This document shows, one piece after another, positions 26,806 to 37,627 of a stretch of DNA of 64,000 nucleotides (position 1 is its first letter; every line of letters starts with the position of its first letter). The position numbers and the translations under genes are program-made. The stretch spans positions 62,001-126,000 of IMG/VR virus record IMGVR_UViG_3300042484_001250, one strand, 5' to 3'. This DNA is from an uncultured virus (IMG/VR IMGVR_UViG_3300042484_001250) (taxonomy: Duplodnaviria; Heunggongvirae; Uroviricota; Caudoviricetes). Under the pieces are notes generated by a model. It made no database searches, was not told the origin of the DNA, and was given only the letters and a program-made list of their open reading frames with translations.

Positions 26806-28304
26806 GAACATTTAAAGAGATTATAGATAATAAAGGATATCGTATTGAAGCCAGAGATAGAGAAATTTTTGAGCAGGGAAACCTACAATCTTTTTTTGGA
26901 TTAGGTGACCAAGATGCTATTGAGTTTATTATGTACGATACAAATGATAATCAACTTCCTCAAAAAAATGGAAATTTGGTTACATATGTTACACTATCAA
27001 CCCAAAACATAAAAGATTACATACTATTACCAGAAGGTACTATATTCCAAAGATATCAGTTTCCAAAAGAATATTTTGTAGATATTGAACGATTGATTAA
27101 AGAAGCTGGATACGATAGTGGTATTTTTAAAACTCAAATAACTTTAATAAATAAAAGAGTTGGTAGTGAGCAAAAATACAATAAACTTTGGATAAATGAA
27201 ATATCACCATCAAGAACTGAAATTAGATTAGTTCCATTAAAAAAAGGATTAGAAACTAATCCAGAATTAAGAGAACGATTTAATTTAATGATAAGAGATG
27301 GTAATTTTAGAGATGATACTATATATTTTGTATTTAAATTTATTGAAAATATAACTCCTACAAAAATATCATCTTATATGAGAGATAGATATTCAGAGAA
27401 ATTTTTAGTTAGATTAAAAACAGAATTTAAAATACAGGATTTTGAAACATTTGTAAGTAGAGTATATGATACATTTGTAGAATCTTCTGCCTATGAATTT
27501 ACAAATAGAATATCTGAATTAAATAATGTAAACTATGGAAAACCAAAAAATAGTAGACCTTCAATTGAATTAACTAAAAGTACCATTGTATCAATTTGTC
27601 AAAGATTATTAATAGCATCTTTAGATTATCATTTGTTAAGACCTGATGTTAAAACAACAACTACATTTGATGCAGGTAATGATGCTAGTTATGATGAAGT
27701 GGGTAAAGTTTTACAAAGATTAAATTCAGATACTAGAATTGATACAAGAAGTCCTATTATTGAATTAGTAAAGCAATCTCCACCAGTACTTACGCCTGTT
27801 CAAGAAAAAATACGAATTGTAATTAGAAAGGAAACTCCTATTGATAAAACACTTCCAATATCAACACCTGTTGATTTTCCGGTCGTAGAACCCGAACCAC
27901 CAAGACAAGAACCTGAAGTTATTGTAATGAGAAAATATATGGTTTCTAATTTGGCAAGACAAAGAGATGGGGCTGGTCAAATGGTAGTTGTTAGATATCA
28001 GAACGAATTTAAAGATGGTAAACAAATACAATTGCAAGGTGGGGATTCAATTGATATTTGTGCTTTGCAAAATAGTATAAATATTGAAGACCCTGATGTT
28101 AGGATGATGGTAAAAGATGTAGGTCCTTGTGATAAAGCCTATGAACGAGTATCACCAGCAATCCCTACCGATGAACCTCGTGGAGGCGCAGCCGCTGGAA
28201 GCGGTGGTGGGGGTACGACCGGTGGGGTGATTGGGAGAAATGATAGATTTGAAACTGGTAATACTACATTCTTTGAAGACCCATCCGTACAAAATATGAT
28301 ATAG
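26796..28304 (+). CDS. Baseplate/tail structural protein
   Basis: LWINEISPSRTEIRL motif; within baseplate operon. Confidence 0.6.
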   Translation: MAIRTFKEIIDNKGYRIEARDREIFEQGNLQSFFGLGDQDAIEFIMYDTNDNQLPQKNGNLVTYVTLSTQNIKDYILLPEGTIFQRYQFPKEYFVDIERLIKEAGYDSGIFKTQITLINKRVGSEQKYNKLWINEISPSRTEIRLVPLKKGLETNPELRERFNLMIRDGNFRDDTIYFVFKFIENITPTKISSYMRDRYSEKFLVRLKTEFKIQDFETFVSRVYDTFVESSAYEFTNRISELNNVNYGKPKNSRPSIELTKSTIVSICQRLLIASLDYHLLRPDVKTTTTFDAGNDASYDEVGKVLQRLNSDTRIDTRSPIIELVKQSPPVLTPVQEKIRIVIRKETPIDKTLPISTPVDFPVVEPEPPRQEPEVIVMRKYMVSNLARQRDGAGQMVVVRYQNEFKDGKQIQLQGGDSIDICALQNSINIEDPDVRMMVKDVGPCDKAYERVSPAIPTDEPRGGAAAGSGGGGTTGGVIGRNDRFETGNTTFFEDPSVQNMI

Positions 28305-28357
28305 GATAATTTAAAATAAAATATTTATAAAATAACAATACAATAATAAAATAATAA

Positions 28358-31300
28358 ATGGCTGCACCAAAACAAATAGGATATGATGATTATGGAAATC
28401 CATTATTGGATGAATCTGGCGCACCTTTATTTATTGGTGAGGGTAGTGGTGGGAATCCAATAGGTTCACCAGCATTCGCACCCACTCCACCACCTGCTAC
28501 TCTTCCCCAGTCCACATCATATACATTTCGTCTTGAAAACATAACTGGTGATGATGTAGTATTTTCTTATCAAGCTCCTAATTCTGTTTATAAAAATGTA
28601 ACTGTTTTTGCATATTCAAACAGAGAAGTTTGTGCTATACCAGACACATTTACATATCCACCTGGTTTAGATGTTACTCAATTAAGTCCCTGTGATAATC
28701 CAACTGGTGGAACTCCATCAACACCGGGTGGAAGTACCGAACCGATTGATGGTATTGGGCGAACTCCTGCACCTGTATCTGCAACTAAATTTAATCTTAG
28801 AATTATAAGTGCAAATGCTGCTGGTAGTACTCAAAAATATGTAATAAATGGAAAAGAATATTCCGAAGCAACTAATTATGAGTTTGATATAAATGATTTT
28901 AAGAATGCAGTTGAAATTATACCAAATTACAACAATAAATTATATAATTTAAAAAACGCGTTTAGAATACATACACAACGTAGTGGAACATTAGCTATTT
29001 TTGAAACTCTAACAAAGTATGGTTCTGATAATTCTGGTTCCGAAATTAATAGATTTTTTGATACATTCCCAACAGATATTACAGTAACATTTGATTATGA
29101 ACCATTTGCATTACCACCCCCAACAAATGATTCTGTTGAATTACAACTTGAATTGGATGGTCAAAGTGAGTCTGCAGTAGTTTTATTAGATAGTGGAGTG
29201 GAATATCTTGTAAAATCTGGATATTCGGTAATAAATGTTAAATTAGGCAGTACTTTTAAATTATATTCCAATGGTAGCGATTATAATGTAACAAGATTAC
29301 TTGGTATAGAATCACAAGGTGATAGAGATGTTACTGCATTTGATTTAAATGCCAATGCAACAACACCCTCACTTGAATTAAGTTATAGAGTAAAACAATC
29401 AGTAAAAGTTTTCATAACAACTAATTCGGTACAAAGGGTTGAAAGTAGACCAAAAATAGTTCCTGGTATTAGTTTTACTGCTGGTGATAGTAGAGAATAT
29501 AATACAAATTCTGAAACTGGTGTTGCATTTACAATCGGAAAATCTGGCGGTGTAAGCAGAATTAGAGTATCTGTAAATAATCAAGAATACACATTTAGTG
29601 ATTTAGGCAGTGATGGTGAAACAATAATTTATTTACCTGATGCAGCATTCCCAACACCTGGTCAATATAGAATTATAATGGTCCCATCCAATGGAAATGG
29701 TGATGGGAATCCAATAGAAGGACTTGTAAGTGCATTTGCAGATTTTTGGGTAGGTGTTCCTGATATTAGAGATATTGTATATCCATCGGTATTAAGAGGA
29801 CCTGATTATACTGGAACTAATGTTGATTTTGATTTAAGTTATAAAACAGTTAATGCTGATTTTGTTAGAATATCAAAAGAGGGTAGTTCACAATATATTC
29901 AAGGACCTGCATCTGGTACTATAAAATTAAATGTACAACAAATTTTAGATTTAGATAATACTCTTACTTCGGAAGATGAAGATAAGATTTCATTTACTTT
30001 AAAATTAGTTGCATATAACATAAGTGGGTTATCACCTGTTATAAGTAGAGAAGAATTTATTACAATTCTATTTGATAAGGGTGATTTAATAATCCCAAGA
30101 CCATTAGCAATGAATAGAATTGCCGATGGTTTCTTTTCACAATTTAATACAAATGTATTTGCAGATGAAACTTCAAAATATTTAACACACTTATTACATT
30201 TAGGCGATGGTGATAACAAAGTAGTTACTACGTGGGTTGGAAGTGATAATAGTTTAATATTAAAATTATACGAACCATTAACAACGGCAGTACAAGCAAA
30301 TCAACAAGTTTGGATTTCAAAATTACAATCAAATCCAATTGTTGAAACTGTAACTTTAAAAAACGAAGTAGATGAATTTTGCCCTCCATTAAAAGGACCT
30401 AATTTCAGTTTAGATACATCCGTTGGTATTGGATATAAAGTGTTTGATGAATTGACTGCAAGTGGTTCATATACTTCAAACGATATTGTAAACAAATATT
30501 TGGAGGGTAATGGAATTGATACATCTAAATTAAATATATCATATGCAAGTGGTTCTGTTTATTTGTTTAATAATTTTGTAAATTTTAGTTCTGCTGAAGA
30601 AAGAGTAAATAACTTTTTTTATAAAGTACAATTAATAGAAACTTATAAAGATAAATATACAAGATTAATAGCAGATACATTTACAAATCCATACATAGAT
30701 TTACAATCAAATTTATTAGCAGAATATGACGCTACAAATGCAGATGTATTTTTAACAACATATAGTTCTCAAAACAATGCAAATTTAATAACTGAAGATA
30801 CTATATTTGATTTAATTCAATGGGAGATTAATCAACCAAAAGGTACTGCTCAAATTTCCGAAGCTAAAAATATATTAGAAAAAGCAAATGTTTTAATTAG
30901 AGGACTTGATGGATTTGAAAAATGGTTATATACGGATTTAATATATTCAGATAGTTTATCATACCCAAAAACTACTTCAACAAACGGTCTTACTGGTTTA
31001 ACTACTTATGTTTTAAAACCAACTACCGATAGTGAAGTTACTGCTTGGTATGAATCTTTAATTAATTTGGCGTATGAATTTGACAAATACAATCCAAATT
31101 ATTTAGTAAACAATATACCTGAATTTATAAAAGAAGATTATGATAATAATGATTTCATACTTTTCTTAGATATGATTGGGCAACATTTTGATATTATTTG
31201 GGTTTATATTAAAGCATTATCTGGAAACAAATTATTAGAAGAAAAACAATTTAAAGGAGCTACAAATAATCTTATATATTACCTATTGGAATCAATGGGT

Positions 31301-33721
31301 TGGGATGGTAAGAGAGCGTTTGATTCACAATTCCTTTGGGAGTATGCGTTTGGAACTGATAGAGAAGGTAATCAAAAATATGGAATGCCATTGGAAGATG
31401 CAAACAATCAAGTTTGGAGAAGAATCCTAAACAACCTACCATATTTATTAAAACATAAAGGTACATCCAGAGCTATGAAAGCAGCTATGGCTTGTTATGG
31501 TGTTCCCCAATCCATGTTAACAATTATGGAATATGGTGGACCGCAAGACCCAACAAAAGATGGTACTACTAAATTTACATTTGATGATAGAACTGCTGCA
31601 ATTAAATTAAACTCTGGTTCATATAATTCTTCTGTTGTTGTTCCTTGGAAATCAATAAATGGTTCATATCCACAAGGTATTGAATTTAGAATAAAACCTG
31701 ATAACGTACATAATACAACTATTATATCATCATCTCAATTTAAATTAGATATAATACAAACAACAGGTTCTTTTGCAACTTTACGATTTGGATTGGGTGG
31801 TAATGCAATATCAGCAGGACCTTATATAGAAACGCCATTTACATCTGCATCCGTATCAACTACTTATTTTACAGCATCTATTGAATATGTGCTGGGGCCT
31901 GATACTGTTAGTGGTAGTTCTAATTTTCCATTATCTACCGAATATTATAGTAATGTTTTAATAAATAGATATCAATTAGGAGGTCAATTTTCATCCGCAT
32001 CACGTTATGAGGTATTACTAAAAACATCCGATGGACAACGAATTGTGAATTCCGTGAGTATGTCTTTTGTTAGTACAAAGGAATATTGGGAAAGTGGTTC
32101 TAATTTAACAATAGGTAAAGATTTTGATGGTAACTTAGATGAGTTTAGATTATGGAGAGTTCCACTGCAACCATCTAAATTAGAAAATCACACATTACAC
32201 CCAGATGCTATAAATGGAAATTCATATACTTCATCAACGGCTGATTTATTATTTAGATTAGATTTCGAATATCCAAAAAATAGAATATTAGACCCATATA
32301 TTAAAAACGTTGCTATAAACACAACATATGGTGAAAATTATGCTACGGCTAGTAATATGTACCCCGCTACACTATATCCGTATCAATACACTCCATATGA
32401 TAGAACTGTAACAGCAACTGTACCATCGTTGGGATTAAATTATTCCAATAAAATTCGTTTTGAAGAACAAACTTTAGTTGGAGATTTATCTCATAAAGTA
32501 AGAGCAACTCAAAAAGCGTTTGATAGAGCACCAATAGATTCAAATAGATTAGGTATATTCTTATCTCCAATTAAGGAGTTAAATATGGATATTGTAAGAG
32601 CATTTGGTGATTTTAATATTGATAACTATATTGGTGACCCATCGGATGATTATAAAGATAATTATACAGAATTAACTAATTTAAGAACTTATTATTTCCA
32701 AAGATTAAATAGAAACATATACGAATACATTCAATTGGTTAGATATATTGATAAATCTTTATTTGATGTATTGGAAGATTTGGCACCAGCTAGAGCAAAG
32801 GTATCTAAAGGTTTATTAATTGAACCGCATTATTTAGAAAGAAGTAAAACTAAATGGAGTAAGCCTGAATCCGAAAGAGGTGATTATGAAACATTAATAA
32901 ACACATTTGAAGATAAGAAAATTGAATTAACTTATGAATCTAAAGATGCTTTAATAGATGCATCTACTCAAGTTAATTTAGAAGGAGATACTCCAAACTA
33001 TGATACTATAATAAATGCAGAAGATGTATATACATTGGAAGCAACTAATCCAAACTACGATACATTAATAAATACTAATGATAATATTATAATTGAAACC
33101 GAATATCCAACATACCCACCTACTGGTTCTGTTAATATTGATTGTAACTTGGGTTCAAAAATATTAGCTGAAGTAGATTCGTTTACAACTACTATTATTG
33201 GATTTGACCCTAACTCAATTGCTAATGCAGGATTTGGATTATATGCAGAAAATGGTAATAGTATTATTAGAAAAATAGAACCGGTATTTGGAAACTTTGA
33301 AACAACTGGTAGTAGAAGTAGTGTATTTTTAGTAAAAGAGCAATACAATACAAAAATATCAACTCAATTAAAAGGTTGGCCTACAATTGGTGCTTTACCT
33401 GGTGAGCAAGTATATTATGAAGATGTAGATGTAACAAATTACAGATATAAAGTTTCAATTTTACCATTTAGTGGAAGTATTAACGTTGGAAACGATACTG
33501 TTGAAGTAGTGGCATTAAATGGATATTTTCCATCACACTATAAATTTGTAAATAATTTATCGGAAGGAATGCAACGTTCTTACTTTAAAGGTTCTTTACA
33601 AACATCGGGTTCAACGCCAGATGGTTTAGCTGCAGTTGAAACATTTACAACTAATCCTAACATACTTAGAGTATCTAAAACAGGTAGAGGAAGTGGTGAA
33701 CCAATACTTGTTGTTGACTAA
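28358..33721 (+). CDS. Large baseplate wedge/tail protein with LamG-like domain (gp7-like)
   Basis: FLDMIGQHFD, NNLPYLLKHKGT (P2 gpI/gp7-like), FDGNLDEFRLW (LamG-like). Confidence 0.65.
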   Translation: MAAPKQIGYDDYGNPLLDESGAPLFIGEGSGGNPIGSPAFAPTPPPATLPQSTSYTFRLENITGDDVVFSYQAPNSVYKNVTVFAYSNREVCAIPDTFTYPPGLDVTQLSPCDNPTGGTPSTPGGSTEPIDGIGRTPAPVSATKFNLRIISANAAGSTQKYVINGKEYSEATNYEFDINDFKNAVEIIPNYNNKLYNLKNAFRIHTQRSGTLAIFETLTKYGSDNSGSEINRFFDTFPTDITVTFDYEPFALPPPTNDSVELQLELDGQSESAVVLLDSGVEYLVKSGYSVINVKLGSTFKLYSNGSDYNVTRLLGIESQGDRDVTAFDLNANATTPSLELSYRVKQSVKVFITTNSVQRVESRPKIVPGISFTAGDSREYNTNSETGVAFTIGKSGGVSRIRVSVNNQEYTFSDLGSDGETIIYLPDAAFPTPGQYRIIMVPSNGNGDGNPIEGLVSAFADFWVGVPDIRDIVYPSVLRGPDYTGTNVDFDLSYKTVNADFVRISKEGSSQYIQGPASGTIKLNVQQILDLDNTLTSEDEDKISFTLKLVAYNISGLSPVISREEFITILFDKGDLIIPRPLAMNRIADGFFSQFNTNVFADETSKYLTHLLHLGDGDNKVVTTWVGSDNSLILKLYEPLTTAVQANQQVWISKLQSNPIVETVTLKNEVDEFCPPLKGPNFSLDTSVGIGYKVFDELTASGSYTSNDIVNKYLEGNGIDTSKLNISYASGSVYLFNNFVNFSSAEERVNNFFYKVQLIETYKDKYTRLIADTFTNPYIDLQSNLLAEYDATNADVFLTTYSSQNNANLITEDTIFDLIQWEINQPKGTAQISEAKNILEKANVLIRGLDGFEKWLYTDLIYSDSLSYPKTTSTNGLTGLTTYVLKPTTDSEVTAWYESLINLAYEFDKYNPNYLVNNIPEFIKEDYDNNDFILFLDMIGQHFDIIWVYIKALSGNKLLEEKQFKGATNNLIYYLLESMGWDGKRAFDSQFLWEYAFGTDREGNQKYGMPLEDANNQVWRRILNNLPYLLKHKGTSRAMKAAMACYGVPQSMLTIMEYGGPQDPTKDGTTKFTFDDRTAAIKLNSGSYNSSVVVPWKSINGSYPQGIEFRIKPDNVHNTTIISSSQFKLDIIQTTGSFATLRFGLGGNAISAGPYIETPFTSASVSTTYFTASIEYVLGPDTVSGSSNFPLSTEYYSNVLINRYQLGGQFSSASRYEVLLKTSDGQRIVNSVSMSFVSTKEYWESGSNLTIGKDFDGNLDEFRLWRVPLQPSKLENHTLHPDAINGNSYTSSTADLLFRLDFEYPKNRILDPYIKNVAINTTYGENYATASNMYPATLYPYQYTPYDRTVTATVPSLGLNYSNKIRFEEQTLVGDLSHKVRATQKAFDRAPIDSNRLGIFLSPIKELNMDIVRAFGDFNIDNYIGDPSDDYKDNYTELTNLRTYYFQRLNRNIYEYIQLVRYIDKSLFDVLEDLAPARAKVSKGLLIEPHYLERSKTKWSKPESERGDYETLINTFEDKKIELTYESKDALIDASTQVNLEGDTPNYDTIINAEDVYTLEATNPNYDTLINTNDNIIIETEYPTYPPTGSVNIDCNLGSKILAEVDSFTTTIIGFDPNSIANAGFGLYAENGNSIIRKIEPVFGNFETTGSRSSVFLVKEQYNTKISTQLKGWPTIGALPGEQVYYEDVDVTNYRYKVSILPFSGSINVGNDTVEVVALNGYFPSHYKFVNNLSEGMQRSYFKGSLQTSGSTPDGLAAVETFTTNPNILRVSKTGRGSGEPILVVD

Positions 33722-33774
33722 TTGGAAAATAAAAATAAGTTATATTTATATAATATAGAATAAACGAATAAAAA

Positions 33775-34404
33775 ATGGCATATTTAGATAATACAGAAAT
33801 AACAGTAGATGCAATACTTACCAAAAAAGGTAGACAAAAATTAGCATCTGGACAATCTCTAAACATCACAAAATTCGCATTAGGTGATGATGAGATTGAT
33901 TATACATTGTATGAGCCGGCACACCCAAAAGGTTCGGCATATTATGATTCTGCTATCAGAGCAATTCCGGTAACGGAAGCAACTCCTGATGAGACTCAAA
34001 TATTAAGATACAAATTAGTAACTCTTCCAAAAGGAACAACTCAAATACCAATAGTTAAATTGGGTGTAACAGCAATTTCAGTAAATCAAACTGAAGGTGG
34101 TGTATCGTTATCACCAACAACATCTCCTGCTGGAAATACAAACGCTGGATACACTGTGGTGTTGGCTGACCAAAGAGCTGGTACATTGACAGTAACCAAT
34201 GGAACAACTGGAACTGGTACGGTACCTGTTTTCTTAGGTGAAGAAATTACAACAACTGCACAAGTAGTTAGTGGTTTAGAATTTAGATTTACTCCAAATC
34301 CTAACTTAACTATTGATGTTGCAACTACATTGACAGTATATGGTAATGATACGGGTGGTTCTGAAACAATTCCAGTAACTGTGATATACAAACAAAGAAT
34401 ATAA
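33775..34404 (+). CDS. Baseplate/tail-fibre attachment protein
   Basis: ILTKKGRQKLA...ITKFALGDDEIDY, a tail-collar-fibre-like N-motif. Confidence 0.55.
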   Translation: MAYLDNTEITVDAILTKKGRQKLASGQSLNITKFALGDDEIDYTLYEPAHPKGSAYYDSAIRAIPVTEATPDETQILRYKLVTLPKGTTQIPIVKLGVTAISVNQTEGGVSLSPTTSPAGNTNAGYTVVLADQRAGTLTVTNGTTGTGTVPVFLGEEITTTAQVVSGLEFRFTPNPNLTIDVATTLTVYGNDTGGSETIPVTVIYKQRI

Positions 34405-34416
34405 TAAAATAAGACA

Positions 34417-35667
34417 ATGGCAATAATTAATGATATTAATATAACCTCACAAATTGCAGCATTGGCAAATGGTGGAAATTTGGATACCAACGCTTTGGTA
34501 TCTTTATTAAACTCGGCATTACCAGCTGGACAACAATTATCTTCAGGTGGTACTACCAACGCAATTGGTATCTACAAAAGATTTGGTGAGTTTGATAAAG
34601 TAAACGCAAAAGTAGAAGTTGTAACAACTGGATTATGGTCTAACGATTCTGGTTCATTAACTACATTTTTTACATCATCAACGCAAGTTGCACAAAATAG
34701 TGGACAATACTACTATAATGTATATGATAAAAATACAGCAACCGATTCAACTACTGAAGTTCAATTTGCAGTAGCATACGGACACGTAGATGGTAGTGGT
34801 TCAATGACATTGAATTTAAACGATAATTCATTACAAGCATCCAAAGCAACTTATGCACAATATCGTTCAATTTTATTAGACCCAACAGATACTAAATTCT
34901 CATTTGAAAATAGTTCTACAACTTTAGTTGATTCGAATGATATATATGTTATCAATTTAAGTAGAAATAGATTTAGAGAGAAAATGGATGCTGGAAACTG
35001 GTCATTACCACTTTCTGGTTCTAATGGTTTATTTACTTTTATTGATAATAGTGGTAAGAAATTTAGTGATGAGAGTGGATTAAGTGGACGAGTATTTAAA
35101 GTTGTTGAAGGTAACTTAAATTTAGGTACACAAAGTGAAGCAACTATTACAAGTACAACCGATGCAACATCTGGTGAAGGATATGGTTTATTTTATCCTG
35201 ATAGAGGTATTATTGTTCTTAATCCAAGAGCAATTGGTAATAAGGTAGGAAACGTTTGGAACGAAGCATTTCAAACTGTAGGTCATTTAGCACCTGGTGG
35301 TGCTGGAGCAACATCTGCACCTGATAATTCAACATCAACTGCGGCTGAACAATATTATCATAAGAGATTGTACTACGCAATTAAAAATGGTAAAGATTTT
35401 GAAGCAAGAAGAACTGAAAATGTATCAACACAACATTTCTTTGTAAGAGCAACAAATAGAGAGTTTAACTACTCCAACAATCCAACATATGTAAATGTAG
35501 ATGGTACATTTAGTGAAACAACTTTTAAAACTGACCCATATACTTACATTACAACGATTGGTTTAATGAATGATTCAAATGAATTGATTGCGGTGGCTAA
35601 AACATCTCAACCAATTGCAAAATCATTTGATAAGGAAGTTTTAATTAAAGTTAAATTATCATTCTAA
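34417..35667 (+). CDS. Baseplate/tail structural protein
   Basis: C-terminal EFNYSNNP and YITTIGLMNDSNELIAVAK; paralog of next gene. Confidence 0.6.
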   Translation: MAIINDINITSQIAALANGGNLDTNALVSLLNSALPAGQQLSSGGTTNAIGIYKRFGEFDKVNAKVEVVTTGLWSNDSGSLTTFFTSSTQVAQNSGQYYYNVYDKNTATDSTTEVQFAVAYGHVDGSGSMTLNLNDNSLQASKATYAQYRSILLDPTDTKFSFENSSTTLVDSNDIYVINLSRNRFREKMDAGNWSLPLSGSNGLFTFIDNSGKKFSDESGLSGRVFKVVEGNLNLGTQSEATITSTTDATSGEGYGLFYPDRGIIVLNPRAIGNKVGNVWNEAFQTVGHLAPGGAGATSAPDNSTSTAAEQYYHKRLYYAIKNGKDFEARRTENVSTQHFFVRATNREFNYSNNPTYVNVDGTFSETTFKTDPYTYITTIGLMNDSNELIAVAKTSQPIAKSFDKEVLIKVKLSF

Positions 35668-35690
35668 TAGAATTAATTAGATAAAGTATA

Positions 35691-35720
35691 AGACCCCCAA
35701 TTCGTTGGGGGTTTTTCTTT
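35691..35720 (+). terminator. Intrinsic terminator
   Basis: ACCCCCAA-ttcg-TTGGGGGT followed by a T-tract. Confidence 0.9.
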
Positions 35721-35754
35721 TTATTAATATTTATATAAAAGTAAAACAAATCAA

Positions 35755-36726
35755 ATGCTTAAACCAATACCAAAATCAGATATCATTGTTAGACCTATAA
35801 CAGTTTACAAAGAATGGTCTTTGGATGAAAATGATGTATTTCCAATATTTGCTTTAAGTGGAAGTAGTGGTAATTTCGATGATGAGTTTGATGAAACAAG
35901 TAATGGATTTTCTAAAAAAAGTTTATACGCATCAATAAAATCACAATTTTACAGAAATTCTTCAACTGCATCAATTTTAACAGAAGTTGGTTTACGAAAA
36001 TCATATGCATCTACCGATGAAAGAAATTTAGAAGATGAGGTGGTGGTATTTTCAATTCCACAAATATACATTGGTGAGGGTATTAAAATTGGTAGTGTTG
36101 TTTTATTAGATGATGATACTAATAGAACTTTAACGGATGATGGTTATTCAAACCTTATAGATTCTGGTAGTAATATTAAAGGTAATATATTTTATGATAG
36201 GGGATTAATAGTTGTGGCTAAAGATATTACATCCGGCTCAAACTTTAATACTTTTAGATTAAATTATCGTTCTACTAAAACAATTTATGAAAACGAAATA
36301 TTCATATCGGTTTTAGAGCATGAATTTAATTATTCTCAAAATCCATCTGCTGTATATGAAGATGGGGCAACTTATGATATGATAACCGTTACTAATAGAA
36401 ATGATGTAACTGGAGCTAACACATATTCAAAACCAATTTATAAAAGTGGTGTAAAATATGTAAAGAAAAAAACCAATTTACCAAATGGTGATGGTTCTTT
36501 GGATTTTAGGATACAATCAAATATAGACCCAACAAAATATGGTAGTTGGGATGATTATGATGAATATATTTCAACAGACCCTACCGGTTCATATTTAGCA
36601 CCATATATTACAACAATTGGATTATATGATGATGATTTAAATATGGTTGCTGTTGCAAAATTACCACAACCAATAAAATCATTGCCTGATTTTCCAGTAA
36701 ACTTTATTATAAGATTTGATACTTAA
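35755..36726 (+). CDS. Baseplate/tail structural protein (paralog of 34417..35667)
   Basis: GNIFYDRG, EFNYSQNP and YITTIGLYDDDLNMVAVAK motifs. Confidence 0.6.
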   Translation: MLKPIPKSDIIVRPITVYKEWSLDENDVFPIFALSGSSGNFDDEFDETSNGFSKKSLYASIKSQFYRNSSTASILTEVGLRKSYASTDERNLEDEVVVFSIPQIYIGEGIKIGSVVLLDDDTNRTLTDDGYSNLIDSGSNIKGNIFYDRGLIVVAKDITSGSNFNTFRLNYRSTKTIYENEIFISVLEHEFNYSQNPSAVYEDGATYDMITVTNRNDVTGANTYSKPIYKSGVKYVKKKTNLPNGDGSLDFRIQSNIDPTKYGSWDDYDEYISTDPTGSYLAPYITTIGLYDDDLNMVAVAKLPQPIKSLPDFPVNFIIRFDT

Positions 36727-36766
36727 AAAGTTATTGTGTTATATTTATAATTAAACAATTAAAACA

Positions 36767-36955
36767 ATGGCATCTATATTAGAATTATTTGGTGAAAACG
36801 GTCCAAAAACTTCACAAATTAATAAAAAAGGTAAAGATAAAACTCCAATATCAGAAGATGGTGGAATGAATTTAGCAAACGAAGCAAATTTAGCAAAAGC
36901 TAGACAAGGAAAATTAAATTCAAAATTCTACTCTGATTCGGTAGTAAAGAAATAA
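36767..36955 (+). CDS. Small hypothetical protein
   Basis: 62-aa ORF 17 nt after TATTTATA. Confidence 0.6.
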   Translation: MASILELFGENGPKTSQINKKGKDKTPISEDGGMNLANEANLAKARQGKLNSKFYSDSVVKK

Positions 36956-36956
36956 A

Positions 36957-37364
36957 ATGAATTGGTTATATGAGGGAAATATTGTTACGGAGGAAGACGT
37001 GCCTGTTGGTGCGGTGGGATTCGTATATAAAATAATTCACACTCCAACTGGTAGATACTATATAGGTAAGAAATCACTTACATCAACTAGAAAATTAGCA
37101 CCACTCAAAGGACAAAAAAGAAAAAGAACAGTAACCAAATCTTCGGATTGGGAAAAATACTATTCTTCAAACGATTGGATTAAAGAGCAAGTAAAGGAAG
37201 GTAAAGCTGACGAGTTCAGTAGAGAAATCATCCAATATTGTTTCTCTAAGAAATCATTAACATATTACGAAATCTATTGGCAGTTTCATTATAATGTACT
37301 TGCCGATGATAATGCAATAAACGAAAACCTAATGGGTAAATTCTATCGTAGGGATTTACTTTAA
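36957..37364 (+). CDS. Stand-alone GIY-YIG endonuclease
   Basis: GFVY...RYYIGKK, conserved E (YYEI) and N (INEN). Confidence 0.8.
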   Translation: MNWLYEGNIVTEEDVPVGAVGFVYKIIHTPTGRYYIGKKSLTSTRKLAPLKGQKRKRTVTKSSDWEKYYSSNDWIKEQVKEGKADEFSREIIQYCFSKKSLTYYEIYWQFHYNVLADDNAINENLMGKFYRRDLL

Positions 37365-37375
37365 ACACAAAAGTT

Positions 37376-37576
37376 ATGACAATACCTGAAATATCAAAAA
37401 AATACGGAATCTCCGAAGCATATTTAAATGCAAAAGATGATGCAGTACAAATTGCGGCAGCATCTATATTAGATTTAAAAGCTATGGTTGAGCAAAATCA
37501 TCCAAAAGAAGTTATCACAAAGAAAATGCAGTTTTTAGCAGATTTCTTATATGATGTAAAAAATTCCAATCATTAA
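37376..37576 (+). CDS. Small hypothetical protein
   Basis: 66-aa ORF in operon position; HTH-like start MTIPEISKKYGISEAYL. Confidence 0.6.
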   Translation: MTIPEISKKYGISEAYLNAKDDAVQIAAASILDLKAMVEQNHPKEVITKKMQFLADFLYDVKNSNH

Positions 37577-37608
37577 TTTGGAATTGTAAAATAATCTTCG
37601 TATATTTG
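37577..37608 (+). promoter_or_regulatory. Bacteroidota housekeeping-sigma promoter upstream of primase
   Basis: TTTG (37577)-20 nt-TATATTTG (37601), matching the -33/-7 TTTG...TAnnTTTG consensus. Confidence 0.8.
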
Positions 37609-37627
37609 TAAGATTATAATCCAAATT

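Noticed and set aside
36957..37364. GIY-YIG as a homing endonuclease or intron ORF
   Set aside because: No C-terminal DNA-binding modules, no interrupted host gene, and no intron structure seen
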